Positions 31,001 through 41,328 of a stretch of 64,000 nucleotides of DNA are shown piece after piece (position 1 is the first letter of the stretch; every line of letters starts with the position of its first letter). The translations under genes and the position numbers were made by a program. The notes beneath the pieces are model-generated. The model had not been told where the DNA came from. It was given only the letters and a program-made list of their open reading frames with translations, and ran no database searches. The stretch spans positions 64,001-128,000 of the forward strand of contig CAWAUV010000002.1 in the NCBI GenBank assembly GCA_963785305.1. Reading direction: 5' to 3'. This DNA comes from an uncultured Planctomycetaceae bacterium (GTDB lineage Bacteria; Planctomycetota; Planctomycetia; Pirellulales; PALSA-1355).

Positions 31001-31369
31001 ATGCCCAAGCTTACAGTCGAAGGCGTCGGTGAATTCACGGTTCCCAAAGACAAGCGGCTGGTGCTCGCGCTGGTCGACGAAGCGGGCACGGACCAACTCT
31101 ACGCCTGCGGAGGCAATGTGCGCTGCACGACCTGCCGCGTGGAATTCGTGTCCGGCGAGCCGGAGCAAATAACCGTGGCCGAAAAGACGGTGCTGGCGGC
31201 GAAAGGGCTGTCGTCGGCGCCGCATATTCGCCTGAGCTGCCAGCTTTTGTGCGAGCACGACATGACGGTAAAGCTCATCAGCCGCCTCGAAGGCAGCGGC
31301 CGCATCGACGCCGGCAAGCGCCCCACCGACGCCCTGGCCCCCGAACCGGTCGAGTGGACGACCAAGTAG
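31001..31369 (+). CDS. 2Fe-2S ferredoxin
   Basis: CGGNVRCTTC...RLSCQ; GGAGGAG RBS. Confidence 0.9.
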   Translation: MPKLTVEGVGEFTVPKDKRLVLALVDEAGTDQLYACGGNVRCTTCRVEFVSGEPEQITVAEKTVLAAKGLSSAPHIRLSCQLLCEHDMTVKLISRLEGSGRIDAGKRPTDALAPEPVEWTTK

Positions 31370-31422
31370 GCGCCACGCAATCCGGAGGAGGAAAAAAAGC
31401 GGCAAAATGATTCAGCGCGCGC

Positions 31423-32406
31423 CTACAACCCGATCTTCCTACCGATCACTTCCGCAAGCGAGTGAAATTCGTGGTAGCAGTTCTGCACGCCCTTGGCGTG
31501 GCCACTCAGGGCCCCATCGGCCGGCTTGAGAAAGAACATCGGCTTTCGGGCGTCGTGGGCAAGCGGCATGAGGCTGCGATAGTTTCGTAGCGACGCCAAG
31601 CAATTTGGATCGTCATCAAGCGATGAGCGATTGTCGACCGCTTCGCCGAGCACCGCGGATTGATAGATGTCCGGGATGCGACGCGTCCAACGCTCGAATG
31701 CTCGGGCGGGACGATCCAGCCGCACCGCGTGCTGCATTACAACATAGCCAATGGGCGCCATCTTGCCGGACGGAAGGGCCAAATGGGGATCAGTCGGTTT
31801 CCGGTCCAAGCGGTCTTGCCATCGAGACCGCCACTCACGCAGCGAAGGCCCCAAGTTCTTCAGCCCTTGCAGGGAGAACAAATCGGCGGCAAGCGGAACG
31901 CAAACATGATCCGCCGCCAATATCGCCGATCGATTCAGATCGCCCAAGTTGGGCCCCACGTCGATAAGCACCAGATCGGCGCCGTGCGACTGCGCGGCGG
32001 AGGCAATGAGGCGATAAAACGACGACACTACGCGAAACGCCGATTCGTCACGGTCCATGCAGCGCGGCCATGCGTCGGAAAGCTTGGCCTCGAATCGAGA
32101 CAGCCCCAGATCGCCGACGATTAAGCCGATTTTGCTCGAAATAGATTCAATGTGCGGCCGAGCGATGTCGCCCGTTCCCCGAAGAATTGGATCGACAGAC
32201 GCTAGGATCGACTGCGAATGTCCCTCTTCGGGCCAGATATTCTCGAGCCGGTCTTCATCCACGAACATCGCCGTCAAATTCGCTTGCGGATCGAGGTCGA
32301 CCGCGAGAACGCGTCTGCCAAGTTCGGAGTACATCCAGGCAAGGTGGAATACGAGCGACGTCTTGCCCACGCCTCCCCTGATATTAAACAATGCGATGCT
32401 TTTCAT
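31423..32406 (-). CDS. ParA/Soj-family ATPase
   Basis: RGGVGKT, DLDPQANLT, LIDVGPNLG. Confidence 0.9.
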   Translation of the reverse strand: MKSIALFNIRGGVGKTSLVFHLAWMYSELGRRVLAVDLDPQANLTAMFVDEDRLENIWPEEGHSQSILASVDPILRGTGDIARPHIESISSKIGLIVGDLGLSRFEAKLSDAWPRCMDRDESAFRVVSSFYRLIASAAQSHGADLVLIDVGPNLGDLNRSAILAADHVCVPLAADLFSLQGLKNLGPSLREWRSRWQDRLDRKPTDPHLALPSGKMAPIGYVVMQHAVRLDRPARAFERWTRRIPDIYQSAVLGEAVDNRSSLDDDPNCLASLRNYRSLMPLAHDARKPMFFLKPADGALSGHAKGVQNCYHEFHSLAEVIGRKIGL

Positions 32407-33595
32407 CGGGCTTTTTCCAGCGTGACGAGAACCGCGTCCGGTGTCGCATCGATTGCGAGTTCCGGATTGCCATTCTTATTTAATTCCTTGCGAGCGAGCG
32501 AAAACCCGAGACCAAAGCGTTGCACATAGCCAAACGCTTTCATCGCGGCCGCGATTTGGGGATTGCGGTAGTTCCGTCACTCCGGGTTGTCCAATGTTCC
32601 CGATATTCACGCGTCCGAAAGGGCCGCCGGGACTTTGGATTTCAAGACGATTCGCATACCAAGAAATGCGCGCCGGCGCATTGGACGTTTCATAGTTGCG
32701 ATGGAGTATCGCGTTGCGCGTCAACTGCTGCAACGCCACGATCGGGTAATCGGTGCGCCGTAGTTCCCGCCGCTCCGCGTCGACGACCACCGCCGTCGCG
32801 ATGTTGGCCTCGAGTACTTCGTCGAGTTGTCGGAGCATGTCGGGCAGCGATCCCGAAATCTCTTTTTCATCGCGAATCGGGTCCGTAATCTCGTTACCAT
32901 CAAAACGAGCAAACTGGACATAAGCGCCAGCGATCCAATAGCGAGGATCAATTCCGAGCACAAGAATTCCAGCTACATTTGGCCGACCACCGACGTCGAC
33001 GAAGTGCAACGATGAAAGCTGCTGGATCGCGGTCCGATTATTTTCCGCCAGCGTTTCCGGATCAACAGCCGCGGGTAAATAAACCCTTTCGAATAACGCG
33101 AGGTCGAGATCATTCAATGACGCGCCGACGACGGGCTGTTGGTCGAACGCGAGATTACCCGACCGCCGCTTTTCAATCAGCCGACGCTCCTCGTCACTCG
33201 TCGCAACCGCACGGCGCGGGCCGATGCGAATCCAGACGCGTCCGCGGCGCCTCACGGGCGGACTTGGCGACGGCTCCACGACGACGACGGCGACGTCCAT
33301 TCCCCAAAATCGTGCGCTTCCGCACCGCCATCTGCGGAAACGGCATAATATTGCCATCGTCGCGCAGGCCGGAAAGTTGCAGCAACAGATCGTCCGTGTT
33401 CGAGAGGCCCGCGCTCGACCCATCGTCGTGGACGCCAATAAACAGCACTCCCGGCAAATTGTGGGCGGCAAGGTCATTTGCAAAAGCGCAAATCGCCTCG
33501 CGAATCCGATCGCGGTCGACGGCTGACGACTTCCGCTCCACCCGATCGCTTTCGATCTCGCCGAACAACGATTCCAAATCCTTGTCGGATATCAT
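32403..33595 (-). CDS. Schlafen/AlbA_2 domain + HATPase_c_4 protein, frameshifted
   Basis: ESDRVERK, ICAFAND..GVLFIGV, YPIVALQQLTRNAILHRNY, RLEIQSPGG; stop overlaps the ParA start (ATGA). Confidence 0.82.
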
Positions 33596-33658
33596 TTTAA
33601 GTTTTGTTCCCGCTAGCCGTGGGCAACATGGCGGTTCATCACGCGCGACCGGCAAGCT

Positions 33659-34978
33659 CTAGATTCCGAACTGTTTGAGCACCAGGGCGTGGACATCGAC
33701 ATCGGCCATCGCTTGGCCCACTAGCGCGCCTCGCTCGCTGGCGATTAAAATCCCGCGCTGGTTTTCCTCGATTGCCGGGGCGCCATGCGAACCGCGCACC
33801 AAGCTCGCGTCGAGCGGAATGCCTCGCGTCGCCGGGTCGAAGTGCAGTTCCACCGGATCGTAGCCCGGCTTGCGATGGATGTCCACCGTGCGCGCAAAGC
33901 GCGGCGCGCGGGCATCGTCGAGCCAATAGTAGTAGGCTTGCCAACTATCGGCGGTCGAAACAACGACCACATCCCCGGCCCGGGCATGATCGAGGTCGTA
34001 TTTCGCCCGCTCGGGCCCGATGAGCGCCTCGGCCACGCCCTCTTGGCCGCGCAGGCAGGCGGCGGCTCGCTCGGCCGCCCGCGAGTCGGCGGCGAAGACA
34101 TGCGAGAACTGGTGGTCGACCAGGGCCCAAGCCGCGCTCGCCGCAAAATCGATCACTTCGCCGCCCTCATCTTCGCGCACCTCCAAGAGCCCGGCCTCGC
34201 GAAGCACGCGATTCGGATAGAGCACATGTCGCACCGGCGTAATCACATATTCGCTCGCCACGAGCCAGAGCGGCTTGGCCGGCGCGAGCGACTTCTCCAC
34301 CGACGCAATCAGCGTTCCCAGCACCTGATCGAGATCGACGAGCGCCTGCTGGGCCGCGGGACTATCGGGTCCGGTTTTTTGCGCGGCGTAGTCCAAGTGC
34401 GGCAGGTAAATATACGAGAAATTGGGGCGATGTTTCTCGATCGCCGCGGCCGCCGACCGGCAAATCCAATCGGTCGATTTGATATTGGCCATCGGCCCCC
34501 AAAAGTGCATCAGCGGAAAATGACCCAGGGCGTCGCGCAGCTCGCCATACATTTCGGTCGGCTTCGTGTAACACCAGAGCGATTCGGAACCATCGGGATT
34601 GTGGATCGGCGCCGGCGTGCAGATCAGATCGGCCCCAGCCCCCTTGGCCAACAGCGGAAACCACACGGCGCTCGTGGCGCCCGAGCCATGCTGGGCCAGC
34701 GAATCCCAGATTTGCGGGGCTTCGATCACTTGGTTCCAAGCGGTCCACATTTCGACTTGCCGCTTCTCGCGCCAATAGAAACCATTGGCCACCACGCCAT
34801 GTTCGCGCGGCGTGCGACCCGTGGTCATGTTCACCTGCACCGGGCAAGTCACGCAAGGAAAGCTCGGCACGAGCGAAATATCGTCGCCGCCCTCGGCCAG
34901 CCGCCGCAAATGGGGCATCGACTTCACATCCTCGCGACGCAGCGCGGGAACCGAGAGCAAAATCACATGATCGGGCAT
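33659..34978 (-). CDS. alkaline phosphatase superfamily nucleotide pyrophosphatase/phosphodiesterase (EboF-like)
   Basis: FPCVTCPVQ, HGVVANG, YLPHLDY, VDHQ, TVDIHRKPGYDPVEL, VRGSHG. Confidence 0.88.
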   Translation of the reverse strand: MPDHVILLSVPALRREDVKSMPHLRRLAEGGDDISLVPSFPCVTCPVQVNMTTGRTPREHGVVANGFYWREKRQVEMWTAWNQVIEAPQIWDSLAQHGSGATSAVWFPLLAKGAGADLICTPAPIHNPDGSESLWCYTKPTEMYGELRDALGHFPLMHFWGPMANIKSTDWICRSAAAAIEKHRPNFSYIYLPHLDYAAQKTGPDSPAAQQALVDLDQVLGTLIASVEKSLAPAKPLWLVASEYVITPVRHVLYPNRVLREAGLLEVREDEGGEVIDFAASAAWALVDHQFSHVFAADSRAAERAAACLRGQEGVAEALIGPERAKYDLDHARAGDVVVVSTADSWQAYYYWLDDARAPRFARTVDIHRKPGYDPVELHFDPATRGIPLDASLVRGSHGAPAIEENQRGILIASERGALVGQAMADVDVHALVLKQFGI

Positions 34979-35087
34979 CGCGGGAACAGACCTTTCCAGA
35001 AAAAACGGGTTCAACCTCCGGGCATCGAGCGGCAACCGCGCCACGAGCTCGCCAGCGCGGAACGCGCGGTCGGACCCGACAAAATGT

Positions 35088-35721
35088 TCATTTGCGCGAT
35101 TTCACCAACCGCGGCTCTTGCTCCTCGACAAAGAACTCGAAGGCGTTGGTTTGGTCGGGCTTTTCGCGGACTTGAAATCGTGTGCGCAAGATATCTCGCT
35201 GCTCGCGATCGGCAAAGGCCCGTTCGAGCGACATAAGTTCCCGCGTCACCCGGTCGGGAAAATAATGGGCGATTGTTTTATCTTTGGTCGACACGCTGGC
35301 TTTGGCGAGTAGTTTGGCGTCGATGGCCACGAGCTCGCCGAATTTCCAAGTGACATGAGCGCGGTGTTCGTCGGCCAAGCGGCCTAGGCGCGGCGCCGGC
35401 TTGGGCTTCGCGAGTTGGGAAACATATTGAATCTCGCCGTTTTTCGCGACGGCCCCGAGTTCAATGCCGAAATAATCGAGTTCGCGCGCGTAGTCGATCG
35501 GCCGCAAATGATCGCGGAATTTGATTTCCCATTCCGGAAATTCATCGCCCTCGTGCTCGCCGTGGTCGACCGAGGGACTTGTTTTGTCTTCGGCCCCGGG
35601 TTCGGCGGGACTTGCGGCCACGACCCGCGATATGCGAAAGATCGGACATATTTCGCCGAAAAGCCCGAAGCGCCGCGCTGCCGGCGCACGCCAGGCACAC
35701 CCATAGCCGATGCCATCTCAT
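35088..35721 (-). CDS. hypothetical protein (5' end uncertain, probable frameshift)
   Basis: Globular-looking ORF 35088-35621 (YARELDYFGIELGAV); ATG with GGAG RBS at 35721 in another frame. Confidence 0.55.
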
Positions 35722-35883
35722 GATCGCCGGTTCTCCAAAACGAACCCAACCGCGTCGACTTCCAGTGGAAGCCTGGATCGCGAGCGTTGGGAATTCGTCG
35801 CCCGAAACCCGAAGGACTCGCTACTTGCAATGTACCGTGGCGAGCCGGCAGCCGCACGTTGAAAAATCGCCGACCGCAAAGCG

Positions 35884-36757
35884 TTACCGGCCTCGGACGC
35901 CGCCGCTCGGAAGACTTTGGCAAAGCGGCGCCAAGAATTCGAACGCCCGCTCGGCGGCTCGCGGTCCGTCGTGGCTGTGGCGACTGAGCTCGACATGCAC
36001 CCCGCCCGCGTAGTCCAACTCGGTCAGGGCGGCGATCACCGGGCGGAAGTCGATCTCGCCCTCGCCAAACATCAAATGCTCATGCACCCCGGCTCGCATG
36101 TCCTCGATGTGGACATTTACAAGCGCCGTGGCATGCCGGCGAATTTGCTCCTCGAGTGGTGTTTCGCCCTGGCAATGCAAGTGTCCGATATCCAGCGTGA
36201 GCCGCAATCGCTCATGGGGGATCGCCGCGGCAAGGGCCCGCCACTTTTCCTGGCTGTCGATGAGCATGCCCGGCTCGGGTTCGAATCCAATCGTCGTTTG
36301 CTCGGCATCGGCGAATTCGAGCAACGTTTCCAGTCCCTCGCGGAGCCGATCGAAAGTGGCGGCATATGCCCCGGGCGCCGCCAAATCCACCCCATGGGCC
36401 ACGCCCGACCAGATCGACACGCAATCGCTGCCGAGTGTGCGCGGCGCGCAGGGCGCGGCGATAGAAATCGAGCCGCCGCTCGCGAGCCGCGGGGTCGGGA
36501 GCGAGGAGCGTCGGTTCGTGTTTTTCGCGAGAGTCGAGCAAATACCGCGCGCCGGTTTCGATCACGCTGCGCATTCCGCGCCGCTCGAGCAGCCGGGCGA
36601 CCGTTCGCACCTCGGACTCGAAGCCCGAGGCAAAGGGATCGAGCCGACCATGATCGAGCGAGATTGCCACGCTCCGGTAGCCGATATCGGCCAAGAGCGC
36701 GATCGCCTCGAGCGGATCGTGGTGCGCGAGCCCATTGGTGTTGTAGCCGAGCAACAT
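35884..36757 (-). CDS. sugar phosphate isomerase/epimerase (AP endonuclease 2 TIM barrel); frameshift near 36430
   Basis: LGYNTNG, FEPEPGM, LDIGH, VHIED, HEHL.FGEG.IDF, VEL. Confidence 0.85.
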
Positions 36758-36809
36758 GGAGTTGGAGGACAAAGGCTTGCAATCCGAGCGCGCGCGGCGG
36801 TCGGCGCCG

Positions 36810-37775
36810 CTAGGTGCTGTAGATGAAACGACCGAGAAACATCGTGGGAAGCAACAGCGCGATGATCAGGCCGACATGGAGCGTGTCTTGCGCGGCGAAG
36901 CATGCGCCGGCGTCGATGATGATCAGCGAAAAGATACAATTCCGCACCGCCGATTGCACCACCGCCGGCAGCGGCGACCACACCGCCAGCCCGCAGCGCC
37001 AAGCGAGCATCGCGCCGATGAGCGCCCAAAAGTAAGGCCACCTTTCGGGAGTGCGAATCGGCAGCGCTCCCGGCGGGACCGTGCTCCAATGGGGCATGCA
37101 GGCCAAGAGGGCCATGCCCAGCAGCATCACGCCGGTCGCCGCCGCGAGCGTGAACCGGCTGCTTTCGGCCGCTTCGGTGCGAGCAAAGAGCGTGACGCCC
37201 GCGATGTAAACGCCCACGCCCGCGGCCACCACATAGTTCACCTCTTGCCAAGGTCCCTCCATGGCGCTCATGCCCAAGAGCACATTCATCAGCCGGCAGC
37301 CGCCCATGCCCAAGGGCGCGAGCATCGTGTTCTTCAACACGGCGTCGTAGAGCAGCACCAGGGCCGCGAGCGCCAGCGCGATCAGCGCGGGCCGCGGTTG
37401 GCCGGCAAACGCCGCCGCCCCGCCGGCCAGCGCCACGCCAGCGCCCAACATTCCATAGCCCAATCTCGCCGCGCCGCCCGCCGATACACGGCCCGACGGA
37501 ATCGGGCGGCTCGGCCGCTCATGGGCATCGAGCGCGCGGTCGAAATAGTCATTGAGCGCCATGCCGGCCGAATAGATCAGCGCCGAAGCCGCGACCAGGA
37601 GCGACACGATTTGCCACGTCGAAAGGTCTTCGTGCGTGAGCAAATAACCAAGCAAGATATCGGCCACCGCGGTAAACACGTTCGGAATGCGCAGCAACTC
37701 GGCCAGCGCGCGCAAGCGAACTCCGGCCCCCAGCGAGGCGGGCGAGGCAAACTCAGGCTTCACGGGAGAATCCAT
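36810..37775 (-). CDS. UbiA-family prenyltransferase (EboC-like)
   Basis: RIPNVFTAVAD, NDYFDRALDAHERPSRPIPSG, YD..LK, MGGCR. Confidence 0.9.
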   Translation of the reverse strand: MDSPVKPEFASPASLGAGVRLRALAELLRIPNVFTAVADILLGYLLTHEDLSTWQIVSLLVAASALIYSAGMALNDYFDRALDAHERPSRPIPSGRVSAGGAARLGYGMLGAGVALAGGAAAFAGQPRPALIALALAALVLLYDAVLKNTMLAPLGMGGCRLMNVLLGMSAMEGPWQEVNYVVAAGVGVYIAGVTLFARTEAAESSRFTLAAATGVMLLGMALLACMPHWSTVPPGALPIRTPERWPYFWALIGAMLAWRCGLAVWSPLPAVVQSAVRNCIFSLIIIDAGACFAAQDTLHVGLIIALLLPTMFLGRFIYST

Positions 37776-37848
37776 CGGGAGTGCTTGCTTGATCGAATAA
37801 AAATATCACGGCGAGACCTCGCGAGAACTCGTCGACAGCTCGTCACGC

Positions 37849-38706
37849 TCACGATGCGACGAAGAGCGAGCCGCCGATCCGAGTAAGGAACGCGTGCGCC
37901 TCGCGGGCCGCGGTGTCGGGCTCATCGATATACGGGTACAGCTCGACCGTGATCCAGCCATCGTAGCCCGTGGCGTCGATCGCCGAGAGCGTGGCGGCGA
38001 AGTCGATCGCGCCTTGGCCGGGAATCAGGTGCTTGTGAACCCGGGTGGCGGCGATGTCCTCGAAATGATAATGCCGAGTGTGCGGCGCCATGCGCGCCAC
38101 CCAGTCTTGCGGGTCCTCGCCCACGCAGTAGGCATGGCCGACATCGAAGTTCAGCCCCACGGCGTCGGAGTCGATGCGGTCCATGAATTCGAGATACTGG
38201 CCAAAGCGCTCGATCAGCAAGTCCGGCTCCGGCTCGATCAAGAGCCCCACGCCCAGCTTCTCGGCCACTTCGACACAGGGCATCAATTCGTCGTAAAAAA
38301 TCTTCGCGCCTTGTTGCCAGGTTTGATCGGGAGTGAGTTGGCCGCCGGGTTCGGTGGTGATGTGCGGAGCGCCGAGCTCATGGGCCAATTGCAAGGCCCG
38401 CTTCGTGTGCTCGCGGCGAATGGCGCGGTAGTGCGGATCGGGATCGGTCCAGCCCGGATGCCAATAGGGCTGGCGCGGATCGGCCACGGCGTTCATCATA
38501 AACGCGTTGACATTCGAGATCGTGAGCCGATGCTTTTCGAGCGCCGCGCGAATCGAATCCTTGCGCTCGGGCAACAGGCCGGCGGGCCAAGCGTGGGGCA
38601 CATCAGCCAGAATTTCGATGCCGGTGTAACCCAGGCTGGCGATTTTCTCGATCGTGCGCTCGATCGAGAAATGCAAATAGGCATTGGAACTAAAGGCAAG
38701 CTTCAT
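37849..38706 (-). CDS. sugar phosphate isomerase/epimerase (AP endonuclease 2 TIM barrel)
   Basis: LAFSSNAY, IEPEP, NFDVGH, HFED, HLIPGQG, VELY. Confidence 0.88.
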   Translation of the reverse strand: MKLAFSSNAYLHFSIERTIEKIASLGYTGIEILADVPHAWPAGLLPERKDSIRAALEKHRLTISNVNAFMMNAVADPRQPYWHPGWTDPDPHYRAIRREHTKRALQLAHELGAPHITTEPGGQLTPDQTWQQGAKIFYDELMPCVEVAEKLGVGLLIEPEPDLLIERFGQYLEFMDRIDSDAVGLNFDVGHAYCVGEDPQDWVARMAPHTRHYHFEDIAATRVHKHLIPGQGAIDFAATLSAIDATGYDGWITVELYPYIDEPDTAAREAHAFLTRIGGSLFVAS

Positions 38707-39081
38707 GGAGTCGGGCTTTCGGTTCGATTGCGGGGAGTAAGCTGTCCGGGACGCGCGGCGGAGGACCAATATGCGTCACGCGGTGGGCCGCTGCTTTGCA
38801 AGACGACTGCATTTTCTCGTGGGCGAAGCCTCCTATTCTGCCCTGAGCGTCGTCCAACGGGAAGTGGTCGGAAGCGGCGGAAGCGGAATCTTGCGATCGG
38901 CCAACCGGACCGTCGCGCCAATCGATCGGGAATTGCGATCTGAAAAAAGGTTGCACCGGCGGCGGCGGCGTTGTTCAATCGACACGTTCGGTTGCAACAC
39001 TCCCTCGCGGGCGCTTCAGGCTTGTGATCGCCGCTCGGCGCCAAGTCAAACTCACCCGCCTCGATCCAACGAGAAAAAGCC

Positions 39082-41127
39082 ATGTCTGTTCGTCGTCTCG
39101 CGGCGCTGATTGTCGCCGGCTTGCTGTTCGCTCCCGCGTCGCTCGCCGATGGCCCCAAGGACAATTTGCCCGATCAGGTGCGGCCGATTCCGCCGGTGGG
39201 CGTCGAGCTGTCGGCCGCCGAGCGTGAAGAGCTCGACAAGGGCCTGGGCGAACTGAATCAAGCGATCGGCAAGCTTCGCGAGCGCACCGCCAAGGCCAAA
39301 GACAAGGATAAGGACAAGCAGATCGCGGAGCTGCTCCCCGATGTCGAAATCTTTCATCGCGCCGTGCGGCAAGCGGTCGATTATCGCGAGTTCTTCGACA
39401 AAAAAGACATTCCCAAAGGCAAGGAACTCCTCGCCACCGGGCTCCAGCGGGCCCACGATCTACTCGAGGGCGATGCGCCCTGGACGCGCCAAACCGGGCT
39501 CGTCGCGCGCGGGTTCGTCTCGCGACTCGATGGCACGGTGCAGCCCTACGGCCTTGTGATTCCGCCCGACTACAGCTTCGATGGCGGCGACCGCTATCGG
39601 CTCGATGTGTGGCTGCATGGCCGCGGCGAGACGGTGTGCGAAGTGAATTTCCTCGACCAGCGGCAAAAACAGGTCGGCAATATCCAGCCGCCGAGCACGA
39701 TCGTGCTCCATCCGTTCGGCCGCTACTCGAATGCCTTCAAGTTGGCCGGCGAGATCGATGTGTTCGAGGCGCTCGAGGCCGCCCAGAAGCACTATCGAGT
39801 CGATGATCGCAGGATCGTGATGCGCGGCTTTTCGATGGGCGGCGCCGGGGTCTGGCATTTGGCGGTGCATTATCCCGATCGCTGGGTCGCCGCCACGCCC
39901 GGCGCCGGCTTCAGCGAGACCCCGCAATTTTTGCACTGGTTTCAAAACGAAAAGCTCGCCCCGGCGGCCCACGAGCAAACTCTGTGGAAGTGCTACAACT
40001 GCGACGAATGGGTCCGCAATCTGATGAACTGTCCCACGATCGCCTATAGCGGCGAAATCGACACGCAGAAACAGGCCGCCGATGTGATGGCCGCCGCGGC
40101 ACGGCGGCAAGGCATGGAGTTGACGCACATCATCGGGCCGCAAACCAAGCACAAGATCCATCCCGACTCGCTCATCGAGATCGAGCGGCGGCTGGCCAGC
40201 ATCGTTCAGCGCGGCCGGGACGTCGCCCCGCGCGAGATCGACTTCACCACCTTCACGCTCCGCTACAACCGCATGGCTTGGCTTGAACTAGAAGCTCTGG
40301 GCGAACATTGGCGGGCGGCCCATGTGGTGGCCCATGTGACGGATGATTCCACGATCGAGCTCAGGACCGAAAACGTGCTCGCGGTGCGGCTCGCCTTTCC
40401 CTCGGGTTATTGCCCCTTGGCCGAGGGGCGCGAGGCGAAGGTTATCGTCGACGGGCAACCGCTCTCTTTCCCCGGCCCCGAGACCGATCGCTCGTGGACC
40501 GCGCGGCTTGCCCGCGTCGATTCCACCTGGAAAGTCGGCGCGGCGCCCGAAGGACACAAGCGACCGGGACTGCAGGGCCCGATCGACGACGCGCTGCTCG
40601 ATCCGTTCGTGTATGTCCGCCCCACCGGCAAGCCTCGCTCCGCGGCGGTCGACAAATGGGCCCACGCGGAAATGGACCACGCCGAGCGCGAGTGGCGGCG
40701 GCAGTTTCGCGGCGCCGCTCCGATCGTCGACGACACGAAGCTCGACGACGCCACGATCGCCGCGAAGAATCTGATTCTTTGGGGCGATCCGGGCAGCAAT
40801 GCGGTGCTCGCCAAGCTCGCCGACAAATTGCCGATCCCGTGGAACGAAAAGGAAATCCAGGTAGGTGATCGCAAGTTCGATTCCGAGCACCATGCCCTGA
40901 TGCTCGTGATGCCGAATCCGCTCAATCCGGAGCATTACGTCGTGATCAACAGCGGGCCGACCTTCCGGGAATACGACTATTTGAGCAATGCCCGCCAAGT
41001 GCCGAAGCTGCCCGACTGGGCGGTGATCGATGTGCGCAAGGCGCCCGACGCGCGTTGGCCGGGCGAGGTCGTGGCGGCGGACTTCTTCGACGAAGCTTGG
41101 CAGGTGAAGCCGGATGCGAAGAAGTAA
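39082..41127 (+). CDS. secreted alpha/beta-hydrolase (prolyl oligopeptidase-like)
   Basis: Signal peptide; WLHGRG, GFSMGG nucleophile elbow, GEID, KH. Confidence 0.85.
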   Translation: MSVRRLAALIVAGLLFAPASLADGPKDNLPDQVRPIPPVGVELSAAEREELDKGLGELNQAIGKLRERTAKAKDKDKDKQIAELLPDVEIFHRAVRQAVDYREFFDKKDIPKGKELLATGLQRAHDLLEGDAPWTRQTGLVARGFVSRLDGTVQPYGLVIPPDYSFDGGDRYRLDVWLHGRGETVCEVNFLDQRQKQVGNIQPPSTIVLHPFGRYSNAFKLAGEIDVFEALEAAQKHYRVDDRRIVMRGFSMGGAGVWHLAVHYPDRWVAATPGAGFSETPQFLHWFQNEKLAPAAHEQTLWKCYNCDEWVRNLMNCPTIAYSGEIDTQKQAADVMAAAARRQGMELTHIIGPQTKHKIHPDSLIEIERRLASIVQRGRDVAPREIDFTTFTLRYNRMAWLELEALGEHWRAAHVVAHVTDDSTIELRTENVLAVRLAFPSGYCPLAEGREAKVIVDGQPLSFPGPETDRSWTARLARVDSTWKVGAAPEGHKRPGLQGPIDDALLDPFVYVRPTGKPRSAAVDKWAHAEMDHAEREWRRQFRGAAPIVDDTKLDDATIAAKNLILWGDPGSNAVLAKLADKLPIPWNEKEIQVGDRKFDSEHHALMLVMPNPLNPEHYVVINSGPTFREYDYLSNARQVPKLPDWAVIDVRKAPDARWPGEVVAADFFDEAWQVKPDAKK

Positions 41128-41154
41128 ATGGGCGCACTCGCGGAGCGGCGCTCG

Positions 41155-41328
41155 ATCGCTCCATCACTGCTGAAATGATGGATAATTCGGTTTGCGCGTG
41201 TGCCATGCCCACTGCCTTGAGTGGGCATGTTTTCAAGCGCCACGCGGAGTCCTCATGCCCGCGCGGGGCCGTGGGCATGGCACACGGAACGAATACAATC
41301 CGTCATTTCAACTGTGACAATGCTCTAG
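41155..41328. mobile_element. MITE-like element enclosing a REP doublet (copy 2)
   Basis: Homologous to 15540-15706; lies between convergent genes; right-end CTAG overlaps the smc stop codon; left end degenerate. Confidence 0.75.

Noticed and set aside
31423..32406. Plasmid or chromosome partition system
   Set aside because: No parB, parS-like site or replication gene nearby.
39001..39026. Possible half REP-like repeat TCCCTCGCGGGCGCTTCAGGCTTGTG
   Set aside because: Single partial copy with no partner in the window; cannot be supported from sequence alone.
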